Origin: Macrostomum lignano
Lineage: Eukaryota
Reading direction: 5' to 3'
Assembly (NCBI GenBank): GCA_002269645.1
Contig: NIVC01002752.1
Coordinates: 79,298-143,297 of the forward strand
DNA length: 64,000 nucleotides
The position numbers and the translations under genes are program-made. The first letter of the stretch is position 1; each line of letters opens with the position of its first letter. Positions 51,601 to 63,600 of the stretch are shown in pieces. The notes below the pieces were generated by a model that saw only the letters and a list, made by a program, of their open reading frames with translations, ran no database searches and was not told the origin of the DNA.

Positions 51601-54600
51601 AGCTGCCTTGCTCTCGTAGCTGTTGCATGTTATTTGCTGTGTTTTGATTCCGATTTGAGCTGCTTTGATTCGTACGAGTAAATATATAACTTATATACCA
51701 TATACTGCCATTACCAGCCATTAAGACTGAAAGTTGTGTGTATAGATAAGTTTAAATTTAACTACCTGAACTACAGCTGCCTGAGCTACCTGAACTACGG
51801 CCTTACAGCTGATAATGCTAAAACATTATCAAATGTCTACGAGTAAAATAGGACAAAAAGTTATAAATGATTTTGACGATTTCCAAGTGCAGTTTTAGCA
51901 TATACAGTACTTTAGCATACAGTAACACACATGTTGGTGTACAGTATCTATAGCTAGATACATGTATGTCCAAAGTACAATTTACTATAGCTATATATAT
52001 TGTTAATGTATAGATATTTTCCATCGCTTACGGCACTGTGTACAAGCAAAAACTCCATGCAGGTGTGGCCCACAAGCTCTTACCCTGTGATCATGGATGT
52101 AATATATTTACTTTATTCAATAGCTTGTATATGAACTTTTCAATCCACCTACGTTAAAACCTAAATCTTATTTTCTTTTTGTCTATGACGTCATCTACTG
52201 ATTGCGTTTTAACACGTACATGTACGAGAACCCACGGCGAAGGCTAGGCGGCAGATTAAGTCCCATACATGTACTCGTAGATACATGCAGCCAGTACCCC
52301 TTCTCCCAAATAGCAAGTACCCCCCCCTCAAGAGAGAAATCTTAGTAAAAATTGTCAAAATCTATTTCAAAAAATGTCTTAGTCAAAATTGATTGTTAAC
52401 TGTTCAATATTGATTCGGAGTTGTCAAAAATGAAGCGGACTTTTTGGGTACACAAACCATAGAGTGTCAGTTTTGAAGCAACTCTGTCAAAATAGAATCA
52501 GACTTTGCAGCCCAACCAGTCAGGCTATTTTAGTCTGTGTGTCTAAAGGATGGAGAAAAATAAATTTTATCAATACTTGTAGATCCAAAAAGCAAAGTCA
52601 GAATAAGCTGATTTTGCACAGCTCACTTCAGCCCCGTTCAGGCTTTCATTGGATTACTTTGTTACCGAATTCTCCCAGGAGAAGTTGACTAAACGTGCAT
52701 TGTCAAAATTGAACCAGAGTTTGTCAAAATTGAAGCTTGATCTGTCAATATTGATTGTAGATTTTGAGTGCCCGACCATAGAGTGTCAATATTGAAGAGG
52801 AGTTTGTCAGTTTCGAAGTTCATGCATATCATGAAAAAGTTGAAAAACACAAGCAAATGCACATTTCTTTGCTCGTAGCAATGTACGAGCGTACGCTCGT
52901 ACTCGTAGCATAATTCCTTTTGATTTTAAACAAATTTGATAAACGAAATGCATGATGCTTGATGCATCCTAAACTTTCGTGTAGCTTTGTCTGGGATCTC
53001 TGTAGAATATAATATTATTTATTTCTTAGAATCTAATTATCCAGCATTAAAATGCAGCTACGCTTGTATGATGACTCATGGCAGCATTAGCTAAATCGAA
53101 TCAGCACACTGTTATTCGATGCACAACTATATCATTTAACTATATGCATCATGCACAAGTTTTCATGCCCATTCTCTAGTTTACCTTTTTGCTTTAATAC
53201 GTAAAGAGTAAAAATAAAAATCGTTACTAGAAAGTTTAATATGTATGAAAACATCCAAACTGGAATGGCAAGCACATAAAAAATAAAAACACTAGTTATG
53301 CAAAAACACTGCTAATAAGTAGTTAGCTATAATGAAAATTTGGTTAGTGTTTGATTATAAAAATAACAAAAACGGCTGCAAAAATGCTGGTCACCTTGGA
53401 AAAATATAGAGTATAGACCCTTAAACAGCGATTCCTTAGCAGCGAAGATAAAAAAAGTGGGTTTATTTCTTGATGTGATGAGCGATGCCACGCAAAAATG
53501 ACAGAATTATTAGTCCGGTGCCGGCCTTCTAGTGTGCGCTGACGCACATTCCAGCAGCAACGAAGAGGGAACCTTGGCTCCCGCCTTTGGTTGTTGGGCA
53601 AGGGTCGGCCGACCCATTGGTCCTCAAAATAGTCGCGCACCGGCTCAAGCTCCTCCGGAAATTCCGGGAGTGAAACGAGGTGCTCGAAGGTTGCTGGGAC
53701 TGACTCAGTCGGAACAAAAGCCAAGGCAGATAAACAGCGCATCCATAAGGATAACTCGCCATCCTCCTGTTCCAACTGCTGTTTGAGCCCTTCCGAAACA
53801 GCCTTACGATAAACGCATTGACTTAGATGAAAAAAGCAACCAGATGGCTCCAAATGAAAAACGTCACGAATGGCATTTCTCTGTGCACGTTCAAAATCAC
53901 ACATCCAATGGGTAGGATGCAGATTGGGTGCAAGCTGCTGCAATATTTCGAAAAAGCGACGGTAGGTGTCCTGAGTTTTGTTTGGCAAAAGTGCGAAAAT
54001 GAGAGGACGCTCTACATGCACTGTTAATAATTGGGCAAAAAGAGTGGGAGCACCATCGAATGTTCCATCAGAAAAGAAATGCGATGCTTGTTGCAGTGCC
54101 TCAAGGTTTGCCTCAGTTCCAAAAATCAAAATGCGATTCGCATGTGGCCCTGTGTCATGCAGAAGAAACTGATGGCCATGGTGGAGTTGAATTTTATTTG
54201 GAATCACAAGCTCCTGGCGATTCTCTGGCTGTACAGGCAAGTCTTGAGTCTTATGGCGGACATTTTGCACCATTCGCTTCAAGCAGGTCTCCTTTGGTAA
54301 GGCAACACCTGCAGCCTCAGGTAGTCCAGCCACATTCGTGGCTATAATGTTGGCTGTTGAATCTGCGTGGATGCAGCCTCGCGCTTCATTCTTGCCACAG
54401 CTTCCAAGGCTAAAAAGCGGGAGCAATTCGGCCCATGGGTGTGGCTGTGAAGTTGTTTGATTTTCATGCCATTTTGGACATGAATCCATCACTTGAAATT
54501 TTTCCTTATTTTTTATGGTAATAGTACTGCCTACTGGCACAGGAGCATGGTCTTCCATTGTGCAAAATGAATCTGTAATGTAATTGCATTTAAATTAATA

Positions 54601-57600
54601 CATTTTTGTAACTAGATGGCATTATAAATTTAATATCCTAAAACTAACTTTAACACTAAACCTAGTTTTTTGAGGAGTATATTTGCACAAATTGAAGGTA
54701 ATTAAGGTAATTTAAGGTAATTCTGCATGTGGCGGAACCCTTAGCCCCTACACTTCAGCTCTAGGTCATTTTAGTAATCATAAAATGAGAAGCAAGCAAT
54801 AGCAATATGAAGGCAAATAATATCATATATTTATAAATTATATTTTGTTACTTTATCATAGGACTATAAATTCCTATTTATAATAGCCAATTATGATAGC
54901 TAATATGGATGCCCTATTGCCCATTTGCAACATTTTGCAACTAAGTAAACTGAAGCTTATAGATTTGTTATTCAATAGCAATAACAGCATAAGAACTCTA
55001 GAATAGTAAAATAAAAAGAACTCTAGAACTTTTAACTCTTAATTATTGGTTTATAGCATTTATAGATTAGTTATTCCTCTATAGTCTACTCTAGTTTCTA
55101 AAGAATTCGCTCATTTTTAGAGGAAATAAAAGACTGTCTAAAGTTTTCCATAGAATAATGAAAATAATTGATTACAATCATCCATTTTAGATAAATGGAT
55201 GATCAGATAAAGGGACATCAGATTTTAGATAAATACATATAAATACAAAGCCTTATGTCTAGTGCTAACCTAAACTAATATCACATTGTTTATCGAAATC
55301 CATGCACCAAAGTTTAGCATACAGGCGCTATATAGATTCTCTATTAGACAGAACTGTGTCTAGTACGTTAAAATGAATTATTTAGCTAATAAACAACAAA
55401 TTTAGGTTATAATTTTACTAACTGGCAACACAGTTAATATCTTATATCTAATTATAATGTTTACTGTGTCTCCTTGTCTGCGACTGCAAAATAAAAAAAA
55501 TGTTTAACCGATTTTTTGCAACCCATGCCAAAAGATCGACTTGTTTCCAGGCAATGGTATTGCATGGTTTTGGCTAAAAATAGTCAAGAGAAGTGGTTAA
55601 AAATCCCAAATCTTTTTATAACTAAAAACCATATCTGATAAATAATTGCTGTAAAAAGCCAGTGTCTACATTTTATGATTGCATTGTTGGGCACACTTAT
55701 AATTTTATTTTAGCCCGCTATCGGCCTCTTTCTAAACACTTAAAAAAAGAAAATCGGTAATTTATCTTGACCAAAGTAGCCACATTTTAAAAGGTGTTAA
55801 GAAGAATAGAATTAACAAGCACATTTTGTATATAAATTTGTATGCTCGGAGAGGGTCAGACTAAATTAGCCAAAGTGCGGGGGTGACTCATCAGACCAAA
55901 GGGCCCGCCTGAGATCACGCCACCAGCAAATGATAGAGAGAGCGCTGGGCTGACTCATCGGACCAAAGGGCCCACCTGAGATCACGCGCCAGCGAAGAAT
56001 CGAGGGGCCAACAGGCCTAGATTAAACAATTAGCCATAAGTCTAAGTCAAGAACACTACAGAGCAAGTTGAATAAACATGAGCAAGAGTACCAAATTAAC
56101 TAATTATCGTGTCAAGTAACAAGACAACTGAATAATAATGAACGGCTAAATAATTTGAATAAATATATTTGTGCGGTGCAAGTGCAAGAGGGACCACTGT
56201 TCAAACAAAGAAATAATTAAGTTGGGACCCACGGGTCAAGGCAACCAAATCTGTTCCTTATGCGGGAGACAGACGGGTCCTGTGGGTCACGCTTATCGCG
56301 TCTACGCGCCTTCTTGTCTTTCTCTTCTAAGAATTTCTTTAACTGCCGCTTACCCATCAGCAAGTGCGCTGAGGATTTGCCAGGGTAGCGCAAGTTGTAA
56401 TGCAAATCTTGTTCAACACTATCTGTAGCGGATAACTCACTGTCTAACTCTGTAGCAGCTTCTAGAGTCTCGCTTGGAGCTACTATACTTTCTGGAGCCT
56501 GTTCAGACTCTGGAATCGCAGGCTGCGCTGGCGCTAATTCATCGGCGCTTTCGCCTGGTTCCTCTAGCAACTCATCTATGTCAGAGCTAGCGACTACACT
56601 ATCAGCCCTCCATGTAATCAGATAATTAGGAGCAGGCTGCTCATACTCACTGTCTGTTGAAGACTGTGCTTCGTTTGACGGGTGAGAAGTGGATGGCTGA
56701 TTAGCTGATTGAATTGGCGACTTTGATTGCTGCTTGACTAATTTGCTTGGCGAATTCGGTGCGCGAGCGCGAGAATTGATTTGAGGGAGCTCAGATTATT
56801 TCAATTGCCTTCTATTATAAGGGGTCAATTGTTGGCTCAAAAATTGAAAGTCATTTGATGGTCGCTGATTGGTTGGCTAAGGATGGGCTGGAGGTCGTTC
56901 TGTACCCCTTCTCTCTCTGTCACGCGGGGGTTGCGTGGGATTCGGGCGTACATTGCCTTTCTTCCTAGCCTGCACAGTGGGGATGACTAATTCGCGGCGT
57001 CCTTCATTGCGCAAGCGAATGGGCCTCTCGGGCTTCCTACCACTGTTTACTGTTTGACCGAATTTGTCTGGAGGAGGAATCTCTTTGTTCAAGGGCACAC
57101 CTGGGGTGCGTGAACTATTTTGATTTCTCACTACCTCCGAAAACAATTTAGATTTGCCATTTGGCTGCAAAGTTTCAGTTCTAGGCTGACTCATGTTATT
57201 CTGACTTTCTAGTCTCGGAAACTCGTGATAATCCGGCGCGTGCCTGCGGCAGTCTCCCAAGGGCTTGGGTGGGACCTTATTTGCCGGTTTTTGGGGCTTC
57301 GCAGGATTGTTCGAAACTGTTCTATAGGGCGGCTGCTGGGGTGGATCAATTCTTCCTCCATGGATGCGCCTAAGAGGTAATTCACCATTAGGAGACTCCT
57401 CATCCTCGGGACGGCGCGACAATGCATCAGCATTAGCATGATTTGTCCCCTTCCGATGACGCACCTCAAACTGAAATTCATTCAGCCTCTCGATCCACCT
57501 ACCCAAGATTCCCGTGGCTTCGGTTTGCTTGAGCAGCCATAAAATTGCCTTGTGATCCGTTCTCAAGATAAACTTCTTTCCGATTAAGTAATAACGAAAC

Positions 57601-60600
57601 TGTTTCATGGCTTCCACTGCGGCCAGGAGTTCCTGCCGGGTGATAGGGTACCGTTGCTCCGTAGCCTTCATTTTTCGGCTGAAAAATGCTATCGGGCGCT
57701 CTACCCCATCTGACTGAATTTGTCCCAAGCAGGCTCCAATCCTAGTTCCGCTAGAGTCGGTGTCAAGAACAAACTGCACCTGTTCGTCAGTGGTAAACTC
57801 AGGAAAAGCTAACACAGGAGTCTTAGTCATGGCTTCCTTAAGATTCTGGAAGGCCTCATGATGCTCATTCGTCCATCTGGATCGGAAATTCTGCAAGCTT
57901 TTCTTAGTCAACTGGAAGATTGGGGACGCTATCTCAGCATAATTCTGGACGAACCTGCAATAATAATTGCAGAGTCCTAGAAAGCTTCGAAGCTCTTTAA
58001 TGTCTTTAGGTACGGGCCAAGTCTTTATCGCTTCGATCTTGGTCTCGTCCGTCCTAATCCCATCTCGACCAATAACATGACCTAAGTATTTCAACTCCTT
58101 GTGAAACAAACTGCACTTCCTCGGCTTGAGCTTGAGACCGGCGGCAATCAAGCGCCTGAAAACCTCTCTAAGATGGTCCAGGTGGGCCTCAAAGCTCTTC
58201 GAGTAGCAGACGACATCATCGATATAGCTCATAGCAAACTTGTGCTGGATGTCAAGGAGGACTATGTTCATCAAGCGCTGAAATGTCCCTGGAGCATTGT
58301 TCAACCCCATAGCCATGACATTCCATTCGAACTGACCACGAGTCAAGGTAGCAAACGCCGTCATGTGGCGGTGCTCCTCCTTTATCGGCACCTGCCAATA
58401 CCCGGAATTCAAGTCCAGACTGCTAAAGTACTGGCTGCCCGTCAGATTGGCAAAGGTTTCCTGGATATTAGGCAGGGGATAAGGATGATAACTGACCTTG
58501 GAATTCAGCATCCGAAAGTCGGCTACCACGCGAACTGACCCGTCCTTCTTAGGAACAATAACTAAAGGGGTGGAGTACGTTGAGTAGGTGGGCCAGATCA
58601 GCCCCTTCGCCAGGAGATCGTCAATCTGGCGGTCCACCTGTTCCTGAAGATGCGGCGGTATACGCGGGTGGGTATTCCGACCGGCTCGTGGTCCTTTAAA
58701 TAAATCTCATGGGTTACCAAGTGGGTCAGGCCCATGTCTTCGTCATTCTTAGAAAAGGCCTCGCCACATTCTAACATGATCTGTCTAACAGCACTTCTCT
58801 GTCGTTCCGTCAAGTCTTCGCCTAAATTTACCTCATTAACCCACTCATCATTAGGGGGCTGTAGGTGATTCACCCGTGAGACCTGGTGGTCCTCGGACAG
58901 GTACCTAAGTTCATTCGGCGCTAAGGGCTTGGCTACCCCAATGACCATAGACCTGGGTAAGGTAATAGCCTGATTAGAACGGTTAACCACTTCGATCACT
59001 CCGGTACCATCTCTCATCGTGAGTAGGGCCGGGCTACACGCCAGGATACCGGAACTCGTCCGTACTTCCCCTCCGTAGGCCTCTACTATCATCATGGTCC
59101 CGTAATTATTTTCATTGCCATTCGCCAGTCTGATGGGCACGCGCAATGCGCTAGCAGCTGGCACCTCCAGTCTCTCAGTCGAGAGCACTCTGCAGGTCCG
59201 TGGCGGAATCTTAGAATAGCAGATGGGGACACAAGCCCCTGTTTTAAGGACAAGAACACCCTCCGGGAATTTAAGTGTCTGACAATAACGGAGTGCAAAC
59301 TCCATGCCTAGAACATTCTCGGTGTCTTGTTTACACAGAAGGAATTTCGCTTCGACCCGGAGGTCACCTATCTGCACTTCGGCCTCGGCCTCGCCGAACA
59401 ATTAAATATCTACGTCGCTAAAGGACAGAACACGTTCAGAACTCGGGCGAATTCCCCTACGGTTCTCTCCCACAAAGATTTTCTCCCAGGCACTTCTTGA
59501 GAGGAGATTCCTGGTTGAACCAGTATCAAGTAAGAAACAAGTATTCACTCCGTCGACCTTAGCGTACAAATAAGGATCTGTCGCTGTCCTGGGTCGCTCG
59601 AAGAACAATTCGGGTTCAAATTCACTAGTAGTAAGCAATGGCGGTTTGAACAGGGTCGGGCGAGTGTTCAAGGTGCAAGGCTTAGTGTTAAAATGAGCAT
59701 TATTTACAGAATTTGAGGCATCAATCCCGTGGAATTCGGCGTCAGAGGGGTGCTGCCTCATACAGCCCTCCCTTCGGCGTTTCCCGGCTGCCTAAAGTTC
59801 ACTTTTGGCTGGCTTCCAGCCTTCGGAGCCTGTGGTTGATTGCGATTGGGTTCGCGGCACTCGCGGACAACGTGTCCGGGTACACCACAGTTGAAGCAGA
59901 CTACCTGACGCGGCTGCGTTGGCATCTGACCAGCTTGGTCAGTGCTTCGGCGTTGGCCTGCAGCATTCACTTCGCGTCGGTCACGCGGCGCATAACGGTC
60001 GCCTTGAGCCTGAGGCAGATAATAGCGTCTCTCTTGGCTCGGCTCCCGCTGGTAAGAGCTCCTATCACGGCGGTCACGGCTCATTCCCCTCTGTTGGCGG
60101 TACTGGAACCCGTAATCACGCCTCAGATACGCTTGCTGCGGCTGTCTGTCATCAGCTCTCCAGCGTTCAGACCTACGCCTAGCGTCTCTGTCGTTCAACA
60201 GCTCCTGAAGCAGCTTTCTCTGCTGCTGCAGCTCAGCTTGCTGCTGCTGCATAAACTCAGTGAACTTTAACTCGTCTTCATTACGAGTGGTTCTACAGAC
60301 TGGCTCCTTATTGACCTTGTGTGACATACTAAAAGCGGTTTCGATTCTGCGCAAGGTGCGCCTAGCTTCCTGAAGAGTGGCTACCTGAGCAAGAATCAAT
60401 TTCTCCCTAGACTCTGGAGTAATCCTAGCATTCCTAATAAACTGTTCCACGATCTCTACCTGAACCTGTTCTTCAGTGAAATGCGGAAAAGCATTAGCAG
60501 CTAGCTCGATCAAACTGTCCGCAAATTCATCAATAGTCTCAGTTTTCCTATGATGTCTCATTCTAAATTCTTCTCTAAATTCTGCTGTGCTACCTAGTTT

Positions 60601-63600
60601 CCCAAATCTTTCAATAAGTCTAGCCTTAAATTCTTCGTAAGTTAAGTAATCGGGCAGATTCATGCACTTGACCGAAGCAAACGTGGTGCCAAGGTCCGAG
60701 TTCAACATGATCTCCTGCTTAAATTGATCTCTAGGAATACCTTCGATCTCACATCTCTGCTCTAAGGCTGCAATCCAAACCCTCACATCCTGATTAGGAG
60801 TAAATTTTTGGATCTTAACATGCCTAGTAGGTTGGCGGATCTCCAGCCTTTGGTGGAGCTGCTCAGTCAAAGCTTCGATAAGATTATTAAGAGGATTATC
60901 CATGATAAAAGAATTGTAGTTGAAGGAACGCAAGCAAGTAAATTTTGGCCTACTCTAAATCCCACCGCTGCCACCAGTTGTAAAAGGTGTCAAAATCGCC
61001 GGTTTTACGACGTCGTTAGTAAAATGTGGTTTACTACTCCCAACGCTGGAACACCAATTGTAAAAGATTCGAACTTCTAGCGACTTCACGATGTTAATTA
61101 TGAATTTAGCTACGAACTGACTATCGACGCTAAACTGGCTACTGCTGGCTAGTAGTCTACAGCGAACATAAACCTAGCGAGGAACTCAGACGGGCCTCTT
61201 GGCGCGAGTGACCTATAATTTCCTATGGGCCTCTTGGTTGCGGAAATAGAACTTCTCCTATGGGACTCTTGGTTACTAGCGTCTTTGTTCTCCGGTAGAC
61301 TCTAACTCACTGGCACTTTAAGACTACTATGACTCAGCGTCTGACCTAGTCCAGACGGGTCTCTTGGTATCGAACTCTTAGCGAGCAGAGTGATTATTTC
61401 CTCTATTCCCGAGTGACAAGAGTTCTCGAATATTCCTAACTTATGGTAGCTTTCAGATATGTGGCCTAAGGCAATACTGCTTATCTTGCACCAGCCGAAG
61501 AGCGGTACCCTGAGATGATCTGATAGAGTAATGCCACTAATTTCTTGATAAATTAAGTTCCCCAATGTATCGATATTCAGTTTCAATCCCAAAAACTATT
61601 ATTGTCACGAAAGGTAGGTCGCTGCCACCAATCGAAGCTATGATTAAATTGACTGAGACAAAAACCGCTATCAAAGAAGATTTGAATATTAGAGCTAACA
61701 CTCAAGCTGGATAAATAGAACTTAATGAACTTGGCAATTGTAATAATAATTATTAAACGATAAGTTAGCAAGTTGGAAACTAACGCAACAGCAAACAATA
61801 ATAATCAACCTTAACAATAATAATTAACAAAACACAAATATAAGCTCGGCCTCCTGTGTCCTTACTAACACAGTATGTTAGAGCTAAGATTTAGTTTGCT
61901 ATGCTAACTATAAGTACTTAGGAGCAGCGCTCAACCAAGACTTGACGTTTGCTAATAACTAGCCATGAACTATTAGATTAACAGGCACACTGGGCCGATC
62001 TTACAAGTCAATAACTATCGGGAGCACACAGTCCGGGCTAAGTTGCAACTCAGGCCAGAGCAAAGGGCCAACGGCAAAAAAACGAGCGCAGATTCGAAAT
62101 GGTGCGCACGGTATTTATATACTCGCAGAATGAGTGCATTAAAACAACTGGTGGGCCTCCTGGCACAAAATACGTTAACCTAATCGTTTTCGCATGTGCA
62201 AGAGCTTTCAGTGAATTAATAGCGCATGTTAGTAACACCCTTTAAGTCAGTGAAATGTTAGTAATAAATATTCGTAATTAATAACTTCACGTAATAACGA
62301 CAACTGTCTATTAGCCCTGTCACAATACGAGTGCTAGCTACAAAGAAATTTCTGATTTAGTAATTTTTAATTGCATTATATTACGATACAACAATGCAGG
62401 CGGCAATTATTATATATTGCAATTTGAAGATCACTGCTAATAAGCACGATAAAGAGAGTCATTAGAGCGAAAAACGCAAATTTATTTGTCCTGCATGATA
62501 AGTCCTGCGAAGTTTCTTGCGAAATTGGACAAGAAAAAATGTCTCTAGCAAATTATAACTTCGTAAATTGCTGTTCGCCGGTTTTGGTTTCAGATTTCGG
62601 CTAGCAAAATCCTCGCTAGCAAAATTCCTGCTAGCAAACTTCGGCTAGCAGATTTCGGCTAGCAAAATCCTCGCTGGCAAAATTCCTGCTAGCAAACTTC
62701 GGCTAGCAGATTTCGGCTAGCGGATTTCGGCTAGCAAACTTCGGCTAGCAGATTTCGTCTAGCAGATTTCGGCTAGCACATTTCGGCTAGCACATTTCGG
62801 CTAGCAAACTTCGGCTAGCAGATTTCGGCAAGCAAATTTCTCGCTAGCAAACTTCGGCTAGCAAATTTCATAGACCCGAAAAACTAGATAGGCCACTCAG
62901 CACATTTGCGTGTAATCTACTTTCAGTTCAGTAGTAAGTTAAACAGAAACATTTTAATGTATTTTAAAGCCAAGGCTCAGTTATTAGCTCTTACCCCCCC
63001 CCCAGTTTAAACCCTCTAAGCGCGCCTTTCCACACTACCCCCGCCCCACCCCAATTTTTATTGCCTCTCGGAATTCCAGCCTAAAGCTGCATGTACATCT
63101 CAGTGCACTGGCTAATGTACATTGTTGCTGAACCAAATTAGCAAGTTGTTTACGCCTGCAAGCTTGGGCTTCTAAACTTATCAAAGTCATTTCAGTTGCC
63201 TTTATCTTTATAAAATAGTTTTATGTATTCTTATTTGCTACTGAACTGAAAGTAGAAAGCTGTTTTACTAAGTATATGTGTCTATCTAGTCATTTTTTTT
63301 TCCGTGATCATCAACTACAGTGGTGTATTCTTCTGTCTAATTATTGTCACCTATGCACTAACTACTATGCACTAATTACTATGCACTAACTACAATTAGT
63401 TGGCAAAGATATTTTTAAAAGGCATTATGCAATCGGACTACGTGATTTTTTACTTACAGCAAGCGAACCGTGGCACTGAAGACAAGCGGTTGCAGCTCTT
63501 TAGACGACTGCATTGCTGCTCTGTTTACAACTAGTCAGGTAAGGTTTATTGTATTTTTTCTATAATTTAATGTACTGTTGTCAATTAAGGGTATTTGAGC

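Larger units (their letters stand above)
55790..62324 (-). mobile_element. Ty3/Gypsy LTR retrotransposon, inactivated and lacking the integrase core, antisense in PMS2 intron 5
   Basis: gag ([14 protein letters not shown] knuckle), protease (LLDTGS), RT ([32 protein letters not shown]) and RNase H (LDTDSS, ELLA, TDHKAI, ADALSR). tRNA-Leu PBS at 60959-60976; an LTR-like segment with TG..CA ends and a TATA box starts at 60979. Outer boundaries are approximate because no identical LTR pair is visible. Confidence 0.9.

Noticed and set aside
52370-52810. Repeated TGTCAAAATTGA motifs and two CCATAGAGTGTCA copies, like transposon subterminal repeats
   Set aside because: Direct orientation only; no partner end or TSD found to define an element.
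55785-62246. TTAA-flanked 9-bp inverted motif (AAGGTGTTA / TAACACCCT) suggesting a Kolobok/piggyBac-type element around the Gypsy
   Set aside because: The match is too short, no related transposase is present, and it is better explained by LTR-end motifs or chance.
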